DNA of 64,000 bases. It comes from Narcine bancroftii. Its lineage: Eukaryota. Both the position numbers and the translations under genes were made by a program. Location of the stretch: positions 191,332,001 to 191,396,000 of the forward strand of contig NC_091470.1 in assembly GCF_036971445.1 (NCBI RefSeq), read 5' to 3'. This document shows positions 49,571-62,084 of the stretch, piece after piece. The notes beneath the pieces are model-generated. The model did not search any database. It was not told where the DNA came from and worked only from the letters and a program-made list of their open reading frames with translations. Position 1 is the stretch's first letter. Each line of letters begins with the position of its first letter.

Positions 49571-52500
49571 TGATACACTCTATCAATAAATCCCAAGTCA
49601 GAGAGAGGGAAACAATGGACTTTAATACTCTTTAGATTGTAGCTGGCCTGATTCCATGTGCTCGAATCAAGGACAGGGGGAGAGAAGTCGACCTTTATTG
49701 CCGTGTCACAAGTGGAGGAGTTGCTAGGGAGTGGGTCATCAGTGGGTGGGCCAGCTATCCATACACAGTCATACATACATATCACCACATTCACCCTCTC
49801 TTTAAAAACAAAACCCCACCGGGTTAAAATTCTAAAGGCTTAGCTGGTCGGGTGATCTCCTCCACCTCTGTGACCTGCGCAGTTCCACTTGTGTAGTACT
49901 GGTCAGTTCCATTGCTGGTCATGTGTCCTGAGGCTGGGAGGGAGGGCAGTCTCTGTAGGAAGTGGGGCTTGGTTGTGCTTGGGGGCAATTGTGGTGGTTG
50001 GAGCAGCTGGAAGGGGGTCCAGGGCATGTGGTGTGGGGGCCCTGGGTGCGTCACTAACCTACACCGAACCCCTGATGGGGGTAATGGGGGTGTAGGTAGG
50101 ATTTGGGTTGAATGGGGTAGGAAGTGGGTAAGGATCTCCAGCACACGCCAAGTCCCAGTCAGGGACTCTGTCCTCATGGCTGTCGGAGTACATCACAGGC
50201 ATCCTGGGGGTTGGTATGCAAAAGCTGCATCTCTTCAACCAATGGATCGGTCTTATGGCCTCTCACGTGTTTCCGCAGCAGGACAAGTCCCGGAGATGAG
50301 AGCCAGAGGAGCAGTGTGGTTCCGGTCGCCAACCTCCTGGGGAAGGAAAACATGTATTCATGTGGGGTCACATTGGTAGCGGTGCATAGGAGAGATCAGA
50401 TGGCTTGGAGTGCTTCTGGCAGGACTTCCTGCCAATGGAATATTGCCAGGCCTTTTGACTTAAGGGCCAAGAGGACCACCTTCCAAACTGTGGTGCTTTT
50501 TCTCTCTACCTGGCCATTCCCCCTGGGGTTGTAGCTTGTGGTTATGTCTCTAGCCAACAGGTACTGCTGCAACTCATTGCTCATCAAAGAGGACCCCCAA
50601 TCACTGTGGATATAGTTTGGGTAACCAAAGAGGGTGAATATGCTGTGGAGTGCCTTAATGACAGTGGCTGAGGTCATGTCAGAATGGGATGGCAAAAGGG
50701 AACCTGGAGTATTCGTTGATGACATTAAGGAAGTAGACATTCCTGTTGGATGAGGGTAATCGATACTGAGTCGATCAAAGGGGCGTGTGGCTTTGATAAG
50801 GTGCAATTTGTCAGGCTGGAAGAACTACGGTTTACATTCTGTGCAGACCCGACAGTGTCTGATCAGAGACTTGACGTCCTCAATGGAATACGGGAAGTTC
50901 CGAGCTTTTATGAAGTGGAACAATCTTGTAACTCCGGGGTGGCAGAGGTAATTATGCAGGGACTGGAGGTGGCCAAGATGCGCATTGGCTCATGTCCCCC
51001 AGGATAGGACATCTGAGGGATCGTTGAGCTTGCCTGACCAGTATAGGATATCGTAGTTAGAGGTGGAGAACTTGATTCTCCACCTCAGAATTTTGTCATT
51101 TTTGATCTTACCTTGCAGTTTGGTGTTGAACAGCTCATTGGTCCATTAGCAGGGTAAATCTTTTTCCAGCCAGGTAATGACACCAGTGGGGTACTGCTTC
51201 AACAATTATCTATGCCTCCTACCCGACAGAGGAATGATGTATCTTGAGGCTGTGAAGGGTGTGGGATAAAATGCCACTGGCCTGCCTGCCTGGTTGAGAG
51301 TGGCTGCCAGTGCGAAGTCAGAGGCATTGCTTTCCACGGTACGCATCGTGGCTTAAGTGATGTCTCCCTTGATCTGGGTGAAAGCAGCCCGGGCTTCTGC
51401 CGATGAGGGGAAGGTTGTGGATTTTCCAGGGCGTAGGCTTTATCGACATAGTTGGGCCCCATTGGACATTATAGGAGAAGAACCCCAGGCATTTTTTTAG
51501 TGCCTTGAGGTTGTGTGGAATTGGGAGTTCTCTGAGGGGACGCATGTGGTCAGAGTTGGGGGCAATGGCACCATGTGCCACGATGCATCTGAGGAGGGCC
51601 ATACGAGTTGTGCTAAATACACACGTCCTCGTTGTAGGTCAGATTGAGGGACTTAGCGGTGTGGAGGAATTTGGCAAGGTTCGCGTCGTGGCCCTGCTGA
51701 TCGTGGCCGCAGATGGTGGCATTATCTAGGTAGGGGAATGTGGCCATCAGTTTGTTTGTCTACCATCTGGTCCGTTTCCCTCTGAAATAGAGAGACACCA
51801 TTGGTGACTCCGAAGGGTCCCTGGAGGAAATGGAAGAGCCTGCCATCTGCTTCAAATGGTATACTGGTGGGCTCCTGGGAAAGGGGGGAGTTGATGATAT
51901 GCCAACTTCAAGTCAATGGTGGAGAACACCCTATACTGGGCGATCTGAATTACTATGTCGGTGATCTGGGAGACGGGGTAAGTGTCCAGCTGCATGAAGC
52001 AGTTGATCATCTGGCTGTAGTTGATCACCATACTCCCACCCCTGACCACCAAGAACTATGACCCCCTCCGCCAGGAGTCTCTGCACCTCTGTACCCTGTC
52101 CTCAGCGATATAGCACCTGCTCTTTGTTGCAATGGGCTTGCAGTTCGGGTTCAGGTTCTCAAGGTGGAGAGGCTGCAGGTAGGAGCTGGCTGCCAGCGGG
52201 GAGGTCCATAAGGTGAGGGTTGTATACTGTTATGGGCAGTTGTGGTTATCTGGAAGCCATCGTCTCTCCTGAACTGGCTTCGGAAGTCAAGGCCCAGGAG
52301 GATGGATGCACAGAGCTGTGGCATTACAGTAAATTAAAGTTATCATAATGTTTGCCCTCCCCCCACCCCCCAACTGTTAACGAAGCAATGGATCTCAGCA
52401 GATTGGTCCTTTGCTGCCACTGAGATCATACCGCACATGGGTCTAACAGAGAAAGAGAGTCTGTTGGCAGTGCCCAGATGGATGAAGCTCTCTCTGCTCC

Positions 52501-53750
52501 CACTGTCAAATAGTCAGTTCTTTTCCTGTTTACCTCAATCGCCATCATCGAGTAGGCAATCAGGTGAGGGCTGCCTTGGTTCAATATGACGAATGCCAGA
52601 ACTGGATCATCGTCACTGTCAGGAGGGGGGGGCAAATCAGTAAGATGGTGGCCCCATGTTGACCATGCTGCTATACTGGGTGAGGAGGAGGAGGAAGAAG
52701 GTGGAAGTGATGTCATCCTTCCATTCCTTCCAATCTACGCATTCTTCCTCCCTACCCTCTGTACTCTCATTCTGATTCCCATAAGCATTTGGGACTGGAA
52801 GTGATGTCAGGATTGATGGCCTTCCCCCAGGAGTGCACACAGCGCTGCTTGATTGGACTTGATTAGAGACATCCCTGACCCTGGCTCCTGGGAGGCAACA
52901 TACCAAGCCCCGATCTCGTCAAGCAAACCTCCTATCTGCTCCTCTAACCAGCGAGTCCCCAACTACAAGAGCCCTTCTCTTTTCCCCCCTTCCCTTCTGA
53001 GACTCACTGATAATGTCCTCTCTTCCCACATCCAAAGCATGTGGCCTCCTTTGCCGGGCAGAGTCGTCAGGGGTCCTTCAGCTGGCCACAGCTGATTGCG
53101 GCAGCGACAATGGTAGGGTCGGGGCCTCCTTGCACGGAGGCAGTCTGTGACGCCAAATCCCAAAATAGCAATATCTGCAGCCCACACGTGGAGGACCCGT
53201 TTTTACCAGCAGCGATTGACTCAGCATTGCGTTGTGTCCTAGCAAGCTAGAGGGCTCTCGTCAGAGGCAGTCACTGATGGATGTAGTCGGACCTCACTCC
53301 AGACAGGCAGGCATCCTGAATCAACTCCTCCAGACACTGGTCTGCAGGGACCGGGGTCAAGATGTTGTCCCTGCAATCTCTTCCCAGGTCATGCAGGACT
53401 CAAAAGAACTCATCCATAGACTCACCAGGCTGCTGTTTCCTCGAGGCCAGGAGGCATCATCAGTAAACTTCATTCACCCGGGGTCGGAAGAGGCTGTGAA
53501 GTTCAGTCATTGCAGCTAGATAGGTCATGCAGCCTCTGATCGCCTGGTACGCTTGGCAGCCAATTCTCGCTCGCAGGACCTTGAGCCTCTTCTCATCTGA
53601 GTCCACTCGGTCCACTGTGACTTCCAGAAAGTTTGTGAAGCACTCGATCCACTGCTCATACTGATCAGCAGCTCCAGGCATCTGTGGATCGATGTCTAGC
53701 TTGTCAGGTGGCAGCAATTTGTCCATCCCATGTGGTAATTAAAGTGTATT
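49571..53750 (-). mobile_element. Gypsy element: 3' LTR ~49571-49789, gag-pol remnants, 5' LTR missing
   Basis: MDKLLPPDKLDIDPQ gag start; VFSTIDLKLAYHQ RT; YIHSDWGSSLMS...GNGQVER integrase. Confidence 0.85.
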
Positions 53751-53763
53751 GAATTGATCAGAA

Positions 53764-53918
53764 GGGAGGCAGTGATAGATAGGAGTTATGGAGAGGCTGT
53801 GATGGACAGGAGTGATGGGGAGGCGGTGATGGACAGGAGTGACGGGGAGGCGGTGATGGACAGGAGTGATGGGGAGGCGGTGATGGACAGGAGTGACAGG
53901 GAGGCAGTGATGGGGAGG
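53764..53918. repeat. 27-bp tandem repeat (ggggaggcggtgatggacaggagtgat), ~6 copies
   Basis: Seen directly; gives the GEAVMDRSD repeat in the ORF track. Confidence 0.9.
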
Positions 53919-53929
53919 TGGTCACCCCC

Positions 53930-55630
53930 AACAGTCAGGAGTCAGGGAAATGGGTGACTCCCTTTCCTCACAGGGGGGGGAGACAGGCAGAGAATGCCTG
54001 TGGCCATTCCCCTCAACAACAAGTATACTGTTTTGGTTACTGTTGGGGAGGGTGGGATTATGAAAACATATAGGATTATGAAGGGTATGGATAGGATAGA
54101 TGTAGGAAGGTTTTTTGAGCTGGCCGGGGAAACTAAATCGAGAGGACCCAGTCTCAAGATTCGGGGTAGTAGATTTAGGACAGAGATAAGGAAAAATAGC
54201 TTTTCCCAGAGAGTAGTGAATGTTTGGAATTCTCTAACCAGGGAAGTGTTTAAGGCTGCTTCATTAAACATATTTAAAATTCGGTTAGATAAAATTTTAC
54301 ATGATAGAGGAATTAGGGGATATGGGGAGAAGGCAGATAGGTGGAGTTAGGTCATAAATTAGATCAGCCATGATCGTATTGAATGGTGGAGCAGGCTCGA
54401 TGGGCCATTTTTGGCCTACTCCTGTTCCTACTTCCTATGTTCCTATGACAAGACATGAAGGTCAGGTCTGTAGCACAGGGGCTGGACCCTTGTCTCAGAA
54501 GGGAAGTGGGGGGAAAGAGAAGGGCTCTTGTAGTTGGGGAGCAGATAGGAGGTTTGCTGGATGAGATCAGGGCTCCCAGTTGGTATGTTGCCTCCAAGGT
54601 GCCAGGGTCAGGGATGTCTCTGATCGAGTCCCTGGCATTCTGGAGGGGAAGGGCAAGCAGCCAGAAGTCTTGGTCCACGAGGGGACCACTTACATAGTTA
54701 GAAGTGGAGATGAGGTCCTGAAAAGGGATTACATAGAGTTAGGGAAGAAGTTGAAAAACAGGACCTCAAGAGTGGCCATCTCGGGATTGCTGCCTGTGCC
54801 ACACATTAGTGAGGGTAGGAATAGGAAGTTGTGGAGGATGAATATGTGGCTCAGGTGATGGTGCAGGGGGCAGGGGTTCAGATTTCTGGATCATTGAGAT
54901 CTCTTCTGGGGAAAGTCAGACCTGTACAAAAGGGCTTGGCTGCACTTGAACTGGAGGGGGGCAAATATCCTGGCAGACAGGTTTGCTAGAGCCGTTGGGA
55001 AGGGTTTAAACTAGTTTAACAGGGGGATGGGAATCAGAATGAGAGTACAGAGGGTAGGGAGGAACAATGCCTAGATTGGAAGGAATGGAAGGAACAGAAC
55101 ATAAAAATAAATGAAGGAGGGCGAAAGGTCAAGGTAGTTGGTAACAAAAGGAGTATATGTGGAGGACAGTCTCTCAAGTGCATATATTTTAATGCAAGGA
55201 GCATTGTAAATTAGGAGGATGAGCTTAAGGCACAGATGGCCACATGGAAATACGATATTGTGGCCATCACTGAAACCTGGATGCAGGAAGGGCATGTTTG
55301 GCAGTTAAATATTCCAGGGTTCTGTTGTTTTAGGTATGATAGAACAGGGGGGGCGCGGATAAAGGGTGGAGGAGTTGCATTGCTTATTAGAGAGAACATT
55401 ACAGCAGTGCTGAGGCAGGATGGTTTGGTGGGATCGTCCAGCAAGGGTATTTGGGTAGAATTGAGGAATGGCAGAGCCATGAATACATTAATGGGAGTGT
55501 ATTATAGACCACCAAATGTGCTGAGGGATTTAGAGGAGAATATTTGTAAGGAGATTGCACATATGTGCAATAAACACAAGCTGGTAGTTGTGGGAGATTT
55601 CAACTTTCCGAACATTAACTGGGACGCCCT
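53930..55630 (+). mobile_element. CR1 LINE 5' region (ORF1 SGNH-esterase and endonuclease remnants) with a nested CR1 3' end (~54056-54446)
   Basis: VCCLQGARVRDVSDRV...RVAISGLLPVPH; YDIVAITETW...YYRPPN...VVGDFNFPNINW. Confidence 0.85.
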
Positions 55631-56689
55631 CTCATGCCCTTGTCCTTCCTGTTAGATTCAGCAAAGGGTTCTATACAACACACAAACAGGTCCAGAGACA
55701 GTGGACAGCCTTATCTAACTCCAGACTTGATGGAGAAGTTGTTTTCCCACCCGTTGATTTGGACTGTACTACAGATGTCTGTACAGAGCAGTTTAATCCA
55801 ATTCCAGATTCCCTCCCCAACACCCATACTGGAAAGCACATCCATCATGAAGGTATGTGACATCCAGTTGAAAGCCTTCTCCTGGTCTAATCAAGGTAGG
55901 TATCCAACCCCCTGTCTTTTAATCTTTTTCTCTATGGTAATTTAATGCATATATTGGAGTTTTTATTTTACAAAGTACCTGGTGGCTGCAGCAGATAGGA
56001 ATTTCAGTTCACAAGTACATTCTACTGGTGTGTGTGTGTGTGTGTGAGAGAGAGAATAACTCATTATCATTATCAGATATAACCTCCCCTAGTCAAAACA
56101 TATTGATGCCATGAGTAAGAAAGATTTCCTCACAAACCTCAGGGAATTAGGAATATCACTTATGATCTTTTCCCATTTTACTCGCTGCACCAGGGCAGCA
56201 GGTCCAGATGCAACACAGTGCTGCAGGGGAACCACTTTGCCTAAACCTGTAACAGACTGCAGACAGTCGTGAACACAGCTCAAGTGATCACACAATCCCA
56301 TCTCATCTCTATAAACTCCATACAATCAAGATTCCTTTAGTGTCAGGTCCACAAATACAAAAATACCTTTACTTTTGTTTGCTCTGTAGCTACACTACCT
56401 CCTGTCTGTTCCAGTGGTGAACCTGAGCTGCAGGTACCCAAATCTCCATCCTCTGCCCCTGGTTCCATACTCCCGATAGGATTAGGAAGCTGTCAGCGCC
56501 TGAGCTCTTCAGGTGCCTGCTCACCATCAGGACCCTCACGAATTTCAGTTCCAATCCTTGGTTCCCAAAAGCCAGTCTCCATCCCCTAGACTGGTTTGAG
56601 TTCTTCAGCTTCTGAGCTGCTTTCTGGTCTGCTGATGTGGTCTCCCACCCTGAAGCATCCTCTCCTAGACTCCACCTTCATGGGGCAGT

Positions 56690-59608
56690 CAGAGTAATGA
56701 CCAGGCAGTAGGACTGATGGAAGATGAGGTCACAAGGCAGTGATGGGGTCAGGGGAAGGTGATGAGCTCATGGGATGTGATGAGGTCAGGGGAAGGTGAT
56801 GAGGTCAGAGGAGATGATGAGGTCATTGAGCAATAATGAAGTTGTGGAGTAATGATGAGGTCATGGGAGGTGATGAGATCAGGGGAAGGTAATGAGATCA
56901 GGGGAAGGTGATGAGATCAGGGGAAGGTGATGAGGTCAGGGCAAGTGATGAGGTCATGGGAGGTGATGAGGTCAGAGAGGTGCTGAGGTCAGGGGAAGGT
57001 GATGAGGTCATGGAGCAATTATAAAAATATAGAGCACTGATGAGGTCATGGGAGGTGATGAGATCAGGGGAAGGTAATGAGATCAGGGAAAGGTGATGAG
57101 ATCAGGGGAAGGTGATGAGGTCAGGGGAAGTGATGAGGTCATGGGAGGTGATGAGGTCAGAGAGGTGCTGAGGTCAGGGGAAGGTGATGATGTCATGGAG
57201 CAATTATGAAGTTATGGAGTGGTGATGAGGTCAGGAGAGGTGATGAGGTCATGGAGCAGTGGTGAGGTCACAGAGCAATGATGAAGTTATGGAGCAATGA
57301 TGAGGTCAGGGAAGGTAATGAGGTCAGGGGAAGATGATGATGTCAGACGAGATGATGAAGTAATCAAGCAATGATGAAGTTATGGAGTAGTGATGAGGTC
57401 AGGGTAAGGTGAGATCATGGAGAAATGATGAAGATATGGAGCAGTTATGAGGTCAGGGGAGGTGATGAGATCAGGAGAAGGTGATGAGATCAGGGAAAGG
57501 TGATGAGGTCATGGGAGGTGATGAGATCAGGGGAAGGTAATGAGATCAGGGGAGGTGATGAGGCCATGGGAGGTGATGAGATCAGGGGAGGTGATGAGAT
57601 CAGGTGAAGGTGATGAGATCAGGGGAGGTGATGAGGTCATGGGAGGTGATGAGATCAGGGGAAGGTAATGAGATCAGGGAAAGGTGATAAGATCAGGGGA
57701 AGTGATGAGGTCATGGGAGGTGATGAGGTCAGAGAGGTGATGAGGTCAGGGGAAGGTGATGAGGTCAGGGGAAGGTGATGAGAGCAGGGGAGGTGATGAG
57801 GTCAGACGAGATGATGAGGTAATCAAGCAATGATGAAGTTATGGAGTAGTGATGAGGTCAGGGTAAGGTGATGAGATCATGGAGAAATGATGAAGATATG
57901 GAGCAGTTATGAGGTCAGGGGAGGTGATGAGATCAGGAGAAGGTGATGAGGTCATGGGAGGTGATGAGATCAGGGGAAGGTAATGAGATCAGGGGAGGAG
58001 ATGAGATCAGGTGAAGGTGATGAAATCAGGGGAGGTGATGAGGTCATGGGAGGTGATGAGATCAGGGGAAGGTAATGAGATCAGGGAAAGGTGATAAGAT
58101 CAGGGGAAGTGATGAGGTCATGGGAGGTGATGAGGTCAGAGAGGTGATGAGGTCAGGGGAAGGTGATGAGGTCATGGAGCAGTGATGAGGTCAGGAAAGG
58201 TGATGAGGTCATGGAGCAGTGATGAGGTCACAGAGCAATGATGAAGTTATGGAGCAATGATGAGGTCAGGGAAGGTAATGAGGTCAGGGGAAGATGATGA
58301 GGTCGGACGAGATAATGAGGTAATCAAGAAATGATGAACTTATGGAGTAGTGATGAGGTCAGGGGAAAGTGATGAGATCATGGAGCAATGATGAAGATAT
58401 GGAGCAGTTATGAGGTCAGGGAAGGTAATGAGGTCAGGGGAAGATGATGAGGTCGGACGAGATAATGAGGTAATCAAGAAATGATGAACTTATGGAGTAG
58501 TGATGAGGTCAGGGGAAAGTGATGAGATCATGGAGCAATGATGAAGATATGGAGCAGTTATGAGGTCGGGGAGGTGATGAGATCAGGGAAAGGTGATGAG
58601 ATCAGGGAAAGGTGATGAGGTCAGGGGAAGTGATGAGGTCATGGGAGGTGATGAGGTCAGGGGAAGGTGATGAGGTCATGGAGCAATGATGAAGTTATGG
58701 AGTGGTGATGAGGTCAGGAAAGGTGATGAGGTCATGGAGCAGTGATGAGGTCACAGAGAAATGATGAAGTTATGGAGCAATGATGAGGTCGGGGAAGATG
58801 ATGAGGTCAGATGAGATGATGAGGTAATCAAGCAATTAATCAAGCAAAGTTATGGGAAAGTGATGAGGTCATGGGAGGTGATGAGGTCAGGGGAAGGTGA
58901 TGAGATCATGGAGCAATGATTAAGATATGGAGCAGTGATGAGGTCATGGGAGGTGATGAGGTAGGGGAAGGTGATGAGATCATGGAGCAATGATAAAGAT
59001 ATGGAGCAGTGATGAGGTCAGGGCAGGTGATGAGGTCAGGGGAGGTGATGAGATCAGGGGAAGGTAATGAGATCAGAGGAAGATGATGAGGTCATGGAGT
59101 AATGATGAAGTTATGGAGTAGTGATGAGGTCATGGGTGGTGATGAGGTCGGAGAGGTGATGAGGTCATGGAGCAGTGATGAGGTCACAAAGCACTGATGA
59201 GGTCAGTGATGAGTTCAGGGGAAGATGATGAAGTCATCGAGCAATTATGAAGTTATGGAGTAGTGATGAGGTCGAGGGAGGAGATGAGGTCAAGGAAAGT
59301 GATGTCAGGGGAGGTGATGAGATCAGGGGAAGGTGATGAGGTCAGGGGAGGAGATGAGGTCATGGGAGGTGATGAGATCAGGGGAAGGTAATGAGATCAG
59401 GGGAAGGTGATGAAGTCAGGGGATGGTGATGAGGTTACAAGGCAGTGATGAAGTTATGTAATAGTGATGAGATCAAAGGAACGTGATGAAGTAAGGAAAG
59501 GTGATGAAGTCAGGGGTAGGTGATGAGGTTACAAGACAGTGATTAAGTTATGTAATAGTGATGAGATCAAAGGAAGGTGATGAGGTCAGGCAGGAGATGA
59601 GATCAGGG
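56690..59608. repeat. 2.9-kb purine-skewed satellite, 18-19-bp unit GTGATGAG(G/A)TCA-GGGGAAG / -TGGAGCA
   Basis: Continuous array with higher-order duplications, e.g. an exact 150-bp repeat at 58261-58410 and 58411-58560. Confidence 0.97.
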
Positions 59609-60752
59609 GAATTTTGCAATTTTTAATGTTAAGGGTTTGAATAATCAGATAAAAAGGAAGCGGGTTTTGAATTATTAAGAAAATGAAGGTGGATATTGCT
59701 TTTTTGCAAGAAACTCATTTGACGGAAAAAGAACATTTGAAATTAAAAAGAGACTGGGTTGAGCATGTTATTTCATTTTCCTACAATTCCAAATCTTGTG
59801 GTGTACCAATTTTAATTCATAAAAATTTATCTTTTACATTAGATTTTATGTTGGAAAAGAAGGGTGGAGCTTTGATGATTATTAATATTTTTTGATTAAT
59901 TAATTGATGATTAATATTTTCTGAAGCTTGGACATTGTTAAATATTTATGCTCCTAATGTAGATGATGAAAAATTTAGTACTGACGTTATTTTGGGATTA
60001 AATGAAGCAAACAAAAATATATTGGTAGGAGGAGATTTTAATTGTTGTTTGGAACCTTTAATGGATAAATTACCAAAATCAGTAAGAAAATTAAAGATAG
60101 CTAAACATATATCTAAGGTTATGAAGGATTTAAATTTGGTGGAAATATAGAGAAGATTGAATCCAATGGAAAAAGACTTTTCATTTTATTCAGCTACACA
60201 TGATTCATGTTCAAGAATTGATTTTTTTAAATATCTGCTCAATTACAAGGGAAAATAACCAACGCTGAATATAAAAGTCGAACTTTATCGGATCATTCAC
60301 TTCTATGAATATCATGTATTAGTTCAGATATGGTTAAAACTAGTTACAGATGGAGATTTAATACAGCTCTCGAAACAATCTGAATTTGTTAGTTTTCTTA
60401 GAGATCAAATTAAGATGTTTCTACAATTAAATGTGAATTCAGTTCAAAGTACATTTACATTGTGGGATGCGTTGAAGGCATATTTGAGAGGTCAGATTAT
60501 TGTTTTACAACTAAACTTAAAAGAAATATTTGGCAGATAGTAATAAAATGAGGAAGAGATTAAAGAATTGTAGAAAAATTTGCAGAGAAATGTTTCAGAA
60601 GATAAAAAATATACAATTATCTAATATGAAAATGTAATATAATACCTTACAAACATATCATTATGAGAAAATGATTCAGAGATCTAAACAATGGTATTAT
60701 GAGTTAGGAGAAAGAGCTCATAAGGTCTTAGCTTGGCAATTTAAAACAGAAC
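59609..60752 (+). mobile_element. L1 ORF2 endonuclease fragment
   Basis: FNVKGLNN..KRKRV, DIAFLQETHL, NIYAPN...VGGDFNCCL motifs; abruptly fused to CR1 (VPQGSVLGPLLF) at ~60753. Confidence 0.9.
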
Positions 60753-61790
60753 AGGTACCACAGGGATCAGTGCTGGGTCCACTGTTGTTTGTCATCTATG
60801 TTAATGGTTTGGGTGAGAACCTAATTGGGGATGTAGATGGTGAGGTTTGTAAGTTGCAGATGTCACCAAAATTTGGGGTGCGCTGGGCAGTGAATCAGGT
60901 TGTTGAAGATCACAACAGGATGTACTAGGAGAATGAACGAATGTTGCTGGGGCTTGAGGAACTGAGTTACAGAGTAAAGTTAAACAGGTTCAGGGTTTAT
61001 TCCCTGCAACGTCAGAGATTAAGGGAGATTTGATCGAGGTATACAAAATTGTGATCGGTATAAAGCAAGCAGGTTTTTTCCCCACTGAGGTTCAGTGGGA
61101 CAAGAACTAGAGACATGGATTAACAATGAAAGGTAAAATGTTTAAAGGGATCTTCACACAGACAGTGGTAGGGCTGTAAATCAGAACAGTTTATGGAGGA
61201 AGTTCAACCAGGGCAAGACTCGCAAAGTGAATGACAGGGCCTTAGAGGGTGTTGCAGAACAGAGAGTCCTGGGGTACAGGTTCAGTTCTCAGAGGATATA
61301 GAGGGTGGTGAAAAGATCATTTGGGACCCTTGTTTTCATGGTATGTGGCATTGACGGCAGGAGTGGGAGATCAATGACTTGGTGAGACCACACCGGCAGT
61401 ATGTGTACGGTTTTGATTGACGCACCAAAGAAGGAGGTCATTACCTGCATATGGTGCAGGAAGGGTTCATGAGAACTGGAGGGGCTTGAGTGATCAGCAG
61501 AGACTGCATCGGCAGGGAGCTGGAGCAGAGGCTTCAGCGTGACCTCACAGATCACGAGGAGCATGGACAAGGTGAATGGTCACTTCTTTCTCCCAGACTC
61601 AGGGAGTCTACAACCAGACAGCACAAGTTAAAGGTGAGAGGGGAAAGATGTAAAGGGGTGTTTGAGGGGCACCTTCTTCTCACAGAGACTGGTGGGTGTG
61701 TGGAGGGAGATGATGGGATTAGAGTAGATATGCTTCGTAGTCAGCATGACCAAGATGGCCCAAATGGCCTGTTGCTGTGCAGTCTGATTC
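60753..61790 (+). mobile_element. CR1 fragments
   Basis: VPQGSVLGPLLFVIYVN and CR1 3'-end sequence. Confidence 0.75.
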
Positions 61791-62084
61791 CACGCTTCTG
61801 TGATGAAGTAACAGGACACAAGAATGTACAGGCAGAGACTGGAAACTGAGCTCAAGGGTTTATTGCTACAGGGACGTCATCAGGTGGTTCCGGCTGTAGA
61901 TCTGGGGGATGAACACTGGTCTCTAGGTGGTGCCGAGCATTGGATGAGCAAGACAGACCGGTGCTGAGCTCAGGACGGCTGTGGAGACAGAAAGGGTCAG
62001 TGAGGCCTTGGCTGGAGGGAGAGGGATCCATGCTGGGTGGCTGAACAACTGGGGCTGAATCCCATCACCATCAGATCTACATTC

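Noticed and set aside
56690-59608. Repeated RTGATGA (snoRNA box C) and a CRISPR-like regular array
   Set aside because: No paired box D/terminal stems and no unique spacers; it is a simple satellite in a eukaryote.
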